This document shows, piece by piece, positions 22,128 to 63,070 of a stretch of 64,000 nt of DNA. Location of the stretch: the NCBI RefSeq assembly GCF_009914755.1, contig NC_060941.1; one strand, 5' to 3'. Origin of the DNA: the human T2T-CHM13v2.0 reference genome, Homo sapiens. Both the position numbers and the translations under genes were made by a program. Every line of letters begins with the position of its first letter. Within the stretch, counting starts at the first letter, position 1. The notes under the pieces are model-generated. The model worked only from the letters and a program-made list of their open reading frames with translations. It did not search any database and was not told the origin of the DNA.

Positions 22128-23047
22128 CTGGCAGAGATGGGGCGATGGAGAGAAAGAAGAGGCAGGAGGTGTGGGAGGGCAGAGACCAAGTCCTGCATCC
22201 CCAACAGCTGGTGTTCCAGTCCCGACATCTGAATCACTTGGTTAGTGACAGCTTCAGAGGCTCAACTTTTTGTTTTTGTTAAGTTTTGGAATTGCAGACA
22301 CATGAGGAGCCTATCTCTAGAAGCCTCTAGAAGACATAAGTGGATGTCTCATCAGACATATACATCTGATGTCAACAGACATCAGAATATATACAGAATG
22401 TTTTACAAACAGGTCCTGTGAGTAGGTATTAAGTACTGAACACTGTTCAGCATTTGAACCTGGGTTGGAAAGAAAAGGTTTTTATTAGGCTGCCCTTTGC
22501 ATAATGGAGTCTAAGATCCCAGGGAGAGCCCCGATCTGCCCCTGAGCAAGGGAAGTACATTCCCTCATGGTTAAGGGACAGCAATGTGGATGAACAGGAG
22601 GTATCTGTGGGAAGCAAATGGTCCACATTCATGCAAGAAGCTGACAGCAAAGGGCTTGTTTTGTTCAACCTCAAATCGTTTTCCACATCCAAGTTCTCCC
22701 AGCAACTCATTTAAAAAGTGAGCTTCAGGAAGAATGATTCACTAGCCAGAAACAACAGTTTCCTTTCTGGAGAGAACCAAAGGAAAAGAGGTTTGAAATG
22801 GGGCCCACCTCTTCCCCAAAAGTACAAGGAAGGAAGTACGGGGTGGTGGGTCTCAATTAGCAACCAGAAATACCATGTAAATATTTCAAAGTTATGTCAT
22901 TTCAATTTTTCATAGTTTAAGACGCTTTCTCATTTCACCTCAGTCAATGAAGAGACAAGGTCTGTGCTTTCTGCTTCTTAGAGATGCCTTCCTCACAGTG
23001 CCTATGTGCATACTAGGAACTCAAAGAGTGCTGATGGAAGGAAATAA

Positions 23048-23298
23048 TTTTTTTTTTTAAAGAAACAAGGTCTCACTGTGTTGCCCAGGCTAGAGTGCAG
23101 CGGTGTGATCACAGCTCACTGCAGCTTCCAAGATCCTACTGCCTCAGCCTCCAGCAGGTATACACCACCACACCCAGCTAATTAAAATTTTCTTTCTTTC
23201 TTTCTTTCTTTTTTTTTTGCAGAGATGGAGTCTCACTGTGTTGCCCAGGCTGGTCTCCAACTCCTGGCCTCAAGCAACCCTCCCGCCTCAGCTTCCCA
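23048..23298 (-). mobile_element. Degenerate Alu
   Basis: Reverse Alu consensus. Confidence 0.85.
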
Positions 23299-24929
23299 AT
23301 TGCACAACTATTATCTCCTTCAAGCTTTACGACAACCTCCATTTTTCAGATAGATAATTTAACATTCATATATTAAATGTCCTGCTCATGGTCACCCAGC
23401 CTACAGGTGACAGAACCCCCCAGACCCACCATAGACATGATGCCATCCTCCCTGCTGTGGAAGAACAATGGAGGCAGTGCCTGCCCTATGTTTGGTTTAG
23501 GGCTGCTAGGTGAATGAAACTCTCTTTTTTTGTGGCAGCAACTTTGCTGGTCCAGGAAGGTCTAGCTCTAGCTGGCTCTAGCAACAGTCACAGTAATCTT
23601 GCAGTTTCTGAGTGCCCTCAACAGTGGGAGGAGCCGCCCAGAGCCAGGCAGGGCGACAGCAACAGAGGGAAAACCACAGTGGAATTACAAGTTGGTTATT
23701 ACCATGAATCCACGTGACACAGAGTCTTGGCTGAGCAATGGTCTGTGGCTGGGGCACTGGAGGAGGAGGTATGAATGGACTGGGAGATGGTAATAGAAAA
23801 CCAAGTCTCTGATTCCAAAAAAACCAAAGCAGCTGGTGCTTAGGGTACCGAGCTGGGAAGTAACCAGCACCTACAGGTCGAGAAAAATACAGGTAACAGA
23901 TCTAAGTCTTGTCACTACCAAACCACAGGGTTAGAGGAACAGAATGTGATTTTTAAAAACAAGCCAGAAGGGGAGACAAATAACTCTCCTGCAGTGGTTC
24001 TCAACGGTGTCTGTACATTGAAGTCATCTGTGCAGCCAGCCCCTCGAGATTCTCATGAAGGTTTGGCACAGAGCCCAGCATCTGCAGGTGAAGCACACCC
24101 ACTGAAGCACAGCCAGGGCTAGAGCATCTGGCAGAGAGAGAGTGAGCACAGGCACTGGCTTTCGGCACCACAGATGTGACTGTCTCCTGCCACTTCTGAA
24201 TCACTTTGTAGAAGCCACCTGAGCTGAGCCTCAGTGTTCTCATCACTAATATGGGGCACACCAGGGTTAATGGCAGTGTTTGCCAGCTGTCTCACACACA
24301 TCATGTTGAGTAAACAGTAGCTAAGAGTACTGACAGGGTTATTTGTAACACTTTCTCCAAGACTGTTGGTGAACAGACTCTGGCCATCCCAATGAACTGA
24401 GACAGGCTCTCCCTGGCATGAACTAGCTGGTGACATGTTCTGCCTGGTCACTGATCCTGCCTTCCAGAGATACCTGAGCAGGCACACCCAGCACTTTTTA
24501 CGGTCTGTTGCCTAGTGGTTTGCCTGGCCCTGCTTGGTGATCAAATGAGCAGTGGTGTCCAACCTTTGCAGTCAATAAAGCCCAAGGAAGCCAATTTTGC
24601 TAGGAAGGGCGCACGGAGATATGAGGGTGTCTAAGCCAGGGGAAGGCCAGACCGAGAGCCCCAGGAAGCATTATACCCTCTCCTCCCAAGCCTGGGAAAC
24701 TGAAGACATGGCAGGTAGTAAAGGTGAATGCATTCACTGAGCTGTCCTGCCTCCCAGGGATGTGTGTCTTACTGGCAATCTTTCTTTTTGAACCCCTGGC
24801 AAAAATTATCCACTTGTGCAGTCAGGTGATGGAATTATAGCCAAAACTGACATAGTTTTCAAAGTCTTCTTTGAGACAAAAATCAAATTCTCCATAAGAG
24901 CTAAAGTTACAGTCAAAGTTGATTTTTTT

Positions 24930-25890
<961 letters not shown>

Positions 25891-27469
25891 TCAAACTCTT
25901 CTTCACCAGAATCACCCAGGGCCTTTAGAAAATACCCTGACCAACTGAATTAGAATCTCTAGAGGTGGAGTCCAGAAATCAGTATTTTAAAAATAAGTTC
26001 CCAGTGATTTTAAGCAGTTGATCGAAGCACAAGAGCTACAGTTGATATACGAAGGAGGGAGAAATCCAAGAGACAGAAAGGCACCCCCGATCAGTGCTGT
26101 GCACAACTCGTAAGTGTGCATGTGTAAGTCCATGAATGTGGGAGGGGTCTTCAGCTTCACTCAGCAACTGGAGCCTTCTCCAAGACACTAGATGCTGCTG
26201 CAATTCCTCCCCCTAACCTCCCTTTGAAAGTTTCACCTTTCCTCTAATCCACGAAGTCACCCACTTCATATGTTTTGTCCTTCCTGGTAAAAGGGTGAGC
26301 AATTCCAGCTGATGAGTGTCTCGTGTACTTCCTGTTTGCTTTAGAGACTTCCTCTAGCTGAGAGTCCTGGCACAGCCTGGAGAGCAAGCTGATTAGGGAA
26401 ACCAATCAGACTGTTGACCAGGGCAGGCGGGGCGTAGAGACTAGCTCACTCAAGGTTAGCCAGGTGGCCTGAGAACCAAGTGACCCCGCCCAGGGTCCCC
26501 TGCAGGTGCTTCTGACCAGTGACTCTTCAGCTACATTTTACCCCGGAAAAGGGCATTCCTGAATATTTAAACAAGAGTCCAGCAAAACAAAACAAAATCA
26601 AACCAAAAAAACAACAGCAGAAAGGAGTTGTTAAAGAAAATGGAGCAAGAGACACAGGAGGAAGTAACTCGGTTCAAAGGCTAAAGTGGAAGACATTTGA
26701 TTTAAAAGCCAACTGGAGTCAAGGTTTTGCAAATGCTTCCCAGGCTCCGATTAGTTGGGGAGATGATTTACCCATAGGCTCAAGAACACAGCTCTTCCTC
26801 AAAAGGGAAAACCACTGCCAGCACACAGAAACAGAGGACAGACTCACAGCAGGACTATCCAGGCTTCTAGCTGGTTGCAGACCCAGAGGAAAGAAGAATC
26901 TGAAGCAACGCCAGCCACGATCCACACGAGGTACCCACAACCTTCCCCAGCGTGGCTAGCAGGTTAGGACTTGGGAGGCTGAGCCGGGTTTGGTTCAAGC
27001 TCCACTCCACCGTTTATTAGCCGTGTGACCTTGGCCAAGTCACACAAGTGATCATTATCAGCTTCAGTTCCTTATCTAAAAATTGGTATTCTTTAATACT
27101 AATTGCATGGGGTAGTTCAGATCAAGTGAAACAATGCACCACAGTATCAGGCTGAAGGTGAGCTTTCAACAAGTGGCAGGTTTATTACCCCAGAGGCTAG
27201 AATTGGTAGTCAGAGCCCAAAAGGGCCTTAAAGACCCCATCCTACTGTTGACAATTAAAGAAAAAAAATGAAGGTGAGGAGAAGTGACCTGCCTAGGGTC
27301 ACACAGCCAGCTAGCTGGTGGCAGAGCCCAAGCCTGCCCAAGACTCATAACTCAAGCAAGGCTCTCCTATTAGAGATAGAAAGAAAAACCCCAGAATATT
27401 AACAATCTCATTACCATAACCCCTGTTACTAAAAATAACAGGGACTGCGACCTTCTATGCATGTTTTTA

Positions 27470-28530
<1,061 letters not shown>

Positions 28531-29978
28531 TTAAGGATATATTTACTGTTTGGGCTTAACTGTGGGCTAAAGGATTTTCAAGTGGTTTAAAGCTTCACAA
28601 TAATAAAGAGAAACTGATATTTATGTCTTTTCGATGGGGAGAAAGAGGTTATAACAGTATGATATTCTCCACTCCCCAACCAGTCTAGAGTATATCTGCA
28701 GAGGAAAGGGGGGTTTAGGGGTTGGGGGATGGAATCAAAGAGAAGGGTGTCCTCTGTGTGACCAGGCCTATGGAACTGCTTCACACAGGGCCTGTGTCTT
28801 ACCTAAGAGTCTAACAGGGGAAGCTTGGCCCTGGCCCTGGAAGCCAGAAGCTTAAGAGCCCAGGGTGAGATCTAGCCGAATCCCAATGGGGGGTGTTGCA
28901 ACAGGGTGGGCTCCACCTCCCACCTTCAGGAGGTCCAGCTCTTAAACCTAGACTTGGGGGAGGCAGCAGTAGGGAGGAAGGTGCTGCCTTTCCACAGCCA
29001 CAGGAAGATGACCCTTTTTCCAGCGGAAAGGGAAGTAAATTATCCCAGAGGGGCACTGAAGGTGAGCTGGGTCCCCTTCCACAGGGAAAGCACCCCCACC
29101 TTCCTTAACTGAGATTGGTTTCATTTCATTCTTTTTTCAATAAGATTTCTGAGGCTTAGTGCCTAGACTTCCACACCACAATCAGGCCCTGATGGGGTCC
29201 ACCAGAGCCCCAAGTGCAGACACCAACTCCACCAATACCTGCAAAAGGGGCCAGTGTGCAGAGGCATCAAGAGGCTTAAAGCCTGGATACACATTACCAA
29301 GTGATCTTTAATAAACACTATGCAGACTGAGCCTGGAACTTTGCTGAAGTCAGCCAGGACAGAGCACAGCTGGCTCCTGCAGCCCTTTCCCTTGTGTGGG
29401 AAGTCTTGTATCACTTAGGACAGATGCCAAGCTCACTCGGGTGGAAGACACCCCTGAGGGACAGACCCTTAGCTTTCCAGGACTCTACCCCAGCAGAACA
29501 CCATGAAATCCTTCCCTGATCCCTGAGCTTCTTCCCAGCTCTCAATGACAGATGGGTTCTCTGGAGAGGCTCAGAGAGGAGCAGTCAGGGCTGGATGGAA
29601 ACCTCCAGCATCCACTCCCTCTTTCTGCACCCACAGGGAGGAAGACTATTGGGGTGGGAGGACATCTCCATGGATCTGCTAGCACAGCTTGGCCAGTGTG
29701 GTCGGCCAGTGCTGTCCACAGAAGGGCCCCAGGCTTCATGGGCAGCTCAACAACTCTCAGTCATTGGCCCTACTGGCCAACAGAGGAGACAGGTAGCACG
29801 GAAGGCCCACAGACAGGGCACTGCCTGCAGCTGCACCAGGCAAGGCTCTCCGCCAGCCTACCGATTCCAAAAGGCACCAGGGGGGCCAGGCCCTAACGCT
29901 GACATTCCTGAGACTGTTCTCCCTAAGAGGGCCCAGTGTCTAACAGCACACCTCAGTCAGCAAGGTTGTGGCAGATTC

Positions 29979-32838
<2,860 letters not shown>

Positions 32839-33857
32839 CACAAAGCATCTTAAAGCCCAAATGCCCTTCCTTCCATCTCAAAGCCTCTTTCAGGAAAGGG
32901 AAGAAGCAGTTCAGTTGTTGAGAGGGCTAGGGGACAGGAATAGAGCAGCTGACAAAGAAAGCAGAGTTCCTTTTAAAAACCAGGCTGCAAATGCTAGAGG
33001 TTTGGAAACTGGCGTCATTCATCACCACGCTGTCTGAGCAGCTCAGAGAGCAATCTGATGTCTAGGAGAGCAGCCAGGGTTAGAGAGGCCACCCACGCCC
33101 TCCTCCATGCCTGGGATGCCTCTGACAGCCACCTGAAGGGGACATACATGGAGCTATGAATAGAAGGCAAAAGGCTTGTAAACCAACTCCTGTTAAGATC
33201 CCAAGTTAGTGTTTCCAGCAGGGCTCAAGTTACACATTTTCAGAGAGATGACAGTACAATGGAAGGATTTCAGCTATTCAATGATTCAGGATCACGGCAC
33301 AAAGTGACAGCCTACCCTGAGCCCGCCAACAGCCACAAACCGTCCCATGGGGGCAGTCCATTTTGGAAGGGCAGCAAAAGACACTGACTGGCCCGGACCA
33401 TGTGGAATCTCTTACAAGACCCAGAGTCCAGGAAGGTTTAGCTGGAGAACTTAGCACCTGAAATAGAGAACGATTATATACACATGCCTCATCTTCCCAC
33501 ACCTCCATAGGTAAATTCCAAAGGAAAGACCAAATCAGACCATTTTTTGGATCAGTCATAGCATCAGGCAGGGGTAAGAGCAGTATGAATGGGTGAGTAG
33601 AACAACAGCCAGCTACTGGGATTAACTCCCAGGACTGCAGTTGATTCTCAGGGGGTAGATTTCCCAGGTCCACCTCTACCTTTCCCAACTCCAGAGTCTC
33701 TAGTAACTATGACTAACCATCAAGAGAAGAAATAACTCAAGGCATCCACATCACTCTATGTCAACATACCTGAGAGAAAACATTTGCTAAAAAGGCAGTG
33801 GCCTTGGAGAGCCAGCTGAATCTACAACTCTGGCACGAAATACACAAAGTAAGCCTG

Positions 33858-37483
<3,626 letters not shown>

Positions 37484-37609
37484 AGAAAGAAAGAAAGAAA
37501 GACAGAAAGAAAGACAGAAAGACAGAAAGAAAGACAGAAAAAGAAAGAAAGAAAGAAAAAGAAAGAAAGAAAGAAAGAAAGAAGGAAAGACAGAAAGAAA
37601 GAAAGAAAC

Positions 37610-37660
<51 letters not shown>

Positions 37661-37667
37661 AAGAAAG
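37484..37667. repeat. Compound (GAAA)n/(GACA)/(GA)n microsatellite grown from an Alu tail
   Basis: Direct inspection. Confidence 0.95.
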
Positions 37668-38241
37668 ACCAGCCTCAAGGTGAGCAGAGGATATCCAAGT
37701 ACTGCAGGCACAGGACCAGGGAATGTTAAAGACCCCATCTGTGGAATACACATGTGAGGGCTGCTCATACCACTGGTCTGAACAGCTGCTGCCACCACTT
37801 TTTTAAGCCACCTTCACTCAGGAACGAGCCTTGTGCAGACATACAGAACAGTATCCACAGGCAGAGTCAAATTTGCTTCCACTGATCCTTGCTAAGTACT
37901 GGTCTGGGGTCGGTGCTGCCTCACCACACACAACTGCAGAAGCACGGTCGTTCTGTCCTGCCATCAGATACACACACGGCAGAAGCCAGTCAGCCGGACT
38001 GTGGCTAGTCAGGGCCGCGCCCTCATTGTCCCATTAAACCCTTCACCAGAAATGGAGATTTGGAGAGTCTTAACTTCTGGAAACTGAGTTTGTGACTTGC
38101 TTCCCATCATCCGTACTGTAACATTGATCCTATTGACCTGTTTGCTCTCCCATTTGTCTGTGAGCAACTTTCTGGGGGATGGACCAAAGATATGGCTCAA
38201 GCTGTGGGATCAGATGGATTTAAGTTTGAATCATAGGTTCA

Positions 38242-43937
<5,696 letters not shown>

Positions 43938-45219
43938 CTAGCTCTACTCAAAAGACTGTAGGAATCAGATACTAGCCACTGTCCAGAAGCCCTCAAACAC
44001 ACCTCAAGGCCAAAAAACACAGCACTTTTAAGTGGCAAGCGAGGGTGGTAAAGGTAGCCCAGAACACTGAAGAGCTACAGAAGTTCCCACAAACTGCACG
44101 GCTTTCCGTCCCTTCCTCCACTGTAGATAGCAAGGGTCAGTCATGGCCTCAGAGCCAGGCTACTCCTCGTTAAGGTACAGTCTCCGGCCTGTACTTTGGC
44201 CACATAACAAAGCTTGGTCTGAGACAGCAGCTATTTCACACACCTAAGCCCCAAGCAACAGACAAGGATCAGTCAATATGGTTGAGGGAACCTGCACTTT
44301 CTGGCATGTATCGGAATTCCTCAGGCTACAATTAAAAATCCAGAACTGCCATTGTGATCTTGACTTAGTCCTCAGTAATAAGTCCAAGCCCTGAAGGGAT
44401 TGCAGACAGACCCTGGCGTGGTGTGGACCTGTTGCTCAGGGAGGTGTATGTGTGTGTGTTTGGGAGTGGGAAAGAGATGGCCCTTCAATTCCAGACTCCT
44501 CATTTTGGGTCTTATTCTCCTCCCTATAGACACACGGACAGCAGTCCCAAGAAAAGCAGTCCCTTTGAGGCGGCTGGGAAACCACTCACGTGCTCTGGGA
44601 GGACAGAGCTGAGCCTGGAGCAAGGGGGGAGGGGAAAGAAGATAATGAATGGGCACATCCACCCTGATCTGTGATCTGTAGCTAGGATTGAGCAAACCTC
44701 AGCTAAATTCTTCAGAGGCAGAAAGAGAGAGACACTCAAAGAACAACATAACTAGAGGACAGGGCTGGGAGACAGAAGGGGCAAAACAGGAAAACAGCTC
44801 ATTTCTAGTAAGTGACTTTAAACTCAGCTGAGGTCCTGGTTGGTTCTCTGGCTTGAGGAAAGAGAGGAAGTAAGGAGTTGCGGGAGCGCACACACACTTC
44901 TGTGCGTGTGGAACGGTCTCACCCAGACGACCCCCCTCCCCCAAAGGAAATCGAGATATTCCTCTAGGGCTAGAGGGGACAACTGGTTTTGTGGGACAGG
45001 AGGAAGGAAAACGGCGACAGACAGCACTCCCTGTCACTTCTAAAAGAGAAGAGGGACAGGTTCCTTCACACCTAGCAAAGATCCTCCGATTCTGGAAGCA
45101 GGGGGAGCGGAACTTAGGGTACCTCTCTCCCACAACTAGAATGGACAGGCCAGAGGACAGTCATAGCGGTTTCCTTAAGGCTCACCAAAGGCAGGTAAGC
45201 TAAGGAAAGAAGCTCCCCA

Positions 45220-45730
45220 CCTCCTATGGCCCGACGCCTGGGGAGCCCCTCAAGAGGGGGCTACGGGTCGGGGGAGGGGTCAGTATCCCCCTAAACTGGG
45301 GCTGGGCGGGAGGAAGGGCTGCCCTGGAGATGCTTCAACGCAGGCGAGACACCAGGTCCTGGGACAAGCATACTCACGGCGGCTCCGGGGCGGCGGCGTT
45401 ACTTGGGGCCGGGGCTCGGACGGGATCCGCTTCTCTCCCCGCCGGCGGTGTCCCAGGCTCCGGCCTCCACTTCCGCCTTTCAGCCGCTCCGGATCCGGAT
45501 CTCCACCTCCGCCCCGCCCCTCAATACTCCCAGGTGATTGACAGTGCGGAGACCAATGGGAGGCACTCTTGGCCGACCTACCCAGCGGCGCCGGTAGGAA
45601 CGCGGGAGTGGCGGTAGGGAGCGCGCGAGGGATCGCGGGACTTGTAGTTCGCAGCGCTGGGAGGAGTCAGTGGCTGCCTGGGACTTGGGCTTAGGGTGGA
45701 GCCGGCTGACTGCGAGGCGGAGCCCGGCCG
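45220..45730 (-). promoter_or_regulatory. RAB5C CpG island promoter
   Basis: GC boxes (~45508-45520), CCAAT boxes (~45537-45557), ETS CCGGAA-like core (cacttccg), ACTACAAGTCCC at 45637-45648. Confidence 0.85.
45378..45500 (-). other. RAB5C: RAB5C non-coding exon 1 (two donors: exon end 45403 or 45378; TSS approximate)
   Basis: Donors CAA|gtaacg and GCC|gtgagt inside a CpG island. Confidence 0.75.
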
Positions 45731-45734
45731 GAAC

Positions 45735-46027
<293 letters not shown>

Positions 46028-47374
46028 TACGGCCGGGAACTTTTTAAGGCTAACCCTGCCATCCGCGTCACCGCCGGTTCCGGACGCCCCGAGGGAAGGC
46101 GGGTGGTGGAGCGTTGGAAGAAGGCAGAGGATTGTGTGTGCAGAATTGGGAAAGAAAAAACGTGGTGCGAATGAATATGCACGCGAGGCCTCAGTCCTGT
46201 GAACTCGCTGATCTGGAGAAGCCCTTGTCTGCACTGTCCGCCCGATTGCCAGGGGCGTCTGTGATTGGGAAGGTGAGGAAAGCGCTGCAGGAAGAGTTCT
46301 CTGCAGGATGCTGGGTGAGATCAAAGGGAGAGCTTCTGCCACCACCTCCTACTTGGTGTGTGCGGGGGCCGGCACAAAGACCATCTCTGCCTCTGCCTTC
46401 CCCTGCTCCTAGCCAGGGTCAGCTCTTCTCTCTGACGCGGAATACAGAGCTGGACAACCTCTGCCTCGGCCCTCTCCATCCGTAAATAAAGACTAGAACC
46501 ACCCCCACTCTGCACTCTCCCCCTCTATGGATCAGGAATATTTGTTTTTTCTGCTCCTCTCAATATGGACTGGGCCCGCTCCTGATTCCTCCCACCCTTA
46601 CCTCTCAACACAAACCAGTACCTCCTCTTCTTTTGCATCTCATCCTCAAGGGACACTACTGAAAACCTGTGTGGAATCAAAGCTCACCGGAGACAGCTGT
46701 GGCCATTGTGCCTATAACGCCAACACCAGGCATATCCTGGAGCCTCAGCTGGAGAATTTACCTGTCTTGGACAACCTGCCACAAAACTGTGCCCACATCT
46801 AGTTCCATCTGGTCATCAGGGCGTCTCTCTTTCTTACACCCATAACACACAATCCCCACTTCCGCGCCAGTGTTCATGAGAAGTGAAAAGGAAGAGGGAA
46901 GAGAGGGCTTGTTGGGAGGACAGAGGGGATGGGGCAGAGTGGGATTCCTAGCAGGTTCTGGCTGGTGACAAGCTCTTCCCCCAGCCCCCTTGCCATACCC
47001 AGTTCTGGAACAGTTCCTTATACAGGAGGGATGGGTAGTCCCCTAGGCCCACCTTTCCAAGGCTGGAGGTGGGCCAAAGCCAGGACTCTGTCCTTCCCAC
47101 ATACTGTGTGCATACATGGCTGTGACTGGGGTGCAGGGGAGAGAAGGGGGTATAATAGGCCCATAGTGACTAATTAAGTTTCTTCCTCAACCCTGGGGCC
47201 CCTGGTGGTGTGAATGTGGTGCCAAGTAGATTGGCTGGTGCCTCTGCCCTTCCTAGAGATAGCAACTGGGCCCTGGGGTACAACGAAGGTGAGGGTGGGG
47301 AGTGATTGCTGTGTTGGCTCCTCCAAAGCCCTGGGGCTCTCAGAGTAACCCCCAGAAACACCCAGAGCCAATAA

Positions 47375-47603
47375 CTACAAAAATAAAGAGTTTATTTCCT
47401 ATCCAAAAGTGAGCCCAGGGTGTTGGGTGGTAGAGGAGAGCTGGAGACCTGGGCGAGTTTTGGAGCAGTCCAGGCCCTGAGTGAGACCATGTTGTAATGG
47501 GGGAGAACAGGCTTGGCAGCGGTCTGGGGTCAGGGAAAGGATAGGGAGTGCTGTTGGGATTTTTGAGTTGCTAGCAGCAGAAGAGACCACCTTGAGAGAC
47601 AGC
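47375..47603 (-). other. KCNH4: Probable KCNH4 terminal non-coding 3'UTR exon
   Basis: Strong acceptor tctctgtttctgtctctctgcAG at 47604-47605, ~210 nt before AATAAA. Confidence 0.65.
47391..47396 (-). terminator. KCNH4 polyadenylation signal
   Basis: AATAAA on - strand with downstream U/GU-rich sequence. Confidence 0.75.
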
Positions 47604-48087
47604 CTGCAGAGAGACAGAAACAGAGATGTTGACAGACCCACGCCTAGGAGTAGAAGCAGACATTACTGGGCCCAAAAAGCACCTGTTGGGCACAGGGACC
47701 TGGGAACACACTGTTAGGTAAGGCAGAGGTTGCAAACTCAACCCCTGGGCTCCACCCCGGACATTCCAAATTGGATGAGGCCCAGGAATCTGCTTTTTAT
47801 TTTTTTATTTTTTTGAGCCTCCGCGCCTGGCAGAATCTGCGTTTTAATAGGATCTCAGGTAGTTCTGATGGACACTCAAGTTTTGAGAACTCAAATACCC
47901 ACAGAGACCAAACAAAAATTTCAAACAAGGGAAGCTAGCTGGGTGTCGGGAGATGATCAAGAAACGTGGTGACTGCGAAGTAGAGTGCAGAGCAGATCCC
48001 ATCTAAAGAGGACAGTGGCCACCCAGCCCAGCTGATTGCCAGTTATTGCCAGATGGAATGTTGGCCCACGGTAGCCTGATGTCCTGA

Positions 48088-49920
<1,833 letters not shown>

Positions 49921-50524
49921 TGAGGTGAGCCTCTCCAGCCTGGGCTCATGGTGGGCGGCCTAAGAAATCATGGGTTGCTCAAATTCCAAGCAACATCTCA
50001 AACCTACCCCTCTCTAGGTAACATTGCTCTTAAGGTCTTCAGCAGAGACCCAGGGGCTGAGACAGAAGACCTCACAATATCACTAAGCTATCTTCAGGCA
50101 AAATCCTACAACCTGTCTCTCTTGCTATAGACGCTAAGATCCTGTCTGGTCTTCCCTTCATGTCCTAGGCTGGAGCTGGGTCCCTTGCCCATCCCCTCTG
50201 CTCCCCCATCTCTACCTGCCTCCAGGTCCTGGGGAGAAAGTAGGATCTCATCTGCCCAGCCCAATGGGCACTGCGGTTCATCTCATGCCTGCTGGGTTCC
50301 ACAGCCCTCAGGTGGCTCCCCTCACAGAGGGGGAGGTTGGGGAAGGCTTGGAAAAGGGAATAGCGTCAGAGGTAACCACGCTTCATTAAAAAGTCCAGAA
50401 ATCCAGAGCCAACCAGGCCAGCTGGTGGCTGCTGACCCCAAGGCAGGAAGCCAAGGGGCCCAGGTCCTCCCTGAGTGGTGAGCGGCAGCGCCCACCCCAG
50501 ACAGGCCTGGGCCCTGGGCCAGGG

Positions 50525-62954
<12,430 letters not shown>

Positions 62955-63019
62955 CTTAGTAAGTACGTTCTATGTGCTTAGCCAGGCACTGTGCTAAGCA
63001 TTGGTAATCCTTATTTAAC

Positions 63020-63020
<1 letters not shown>

Positions 63021-63068
<48 letters not shown>
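63021..63068. repeat. (AC)24 microsatellite
   Basis: Direct inspection. Confidence 0.97.

Positions 63069-63070
<2 letters not shown>

Noticed and set aside
21554-22282. 242-aa + strand ORF and overlapping Cys/Val-rich - strand ORFs
   Set aside because: Produced by the CA-rich simple repeat; no domain similarity.
46150-46260. Possible tRNA-like or small RNA gene upstream of RAB5C
   Set aside because: No A/B boxes or cloverleaf could be drawn.
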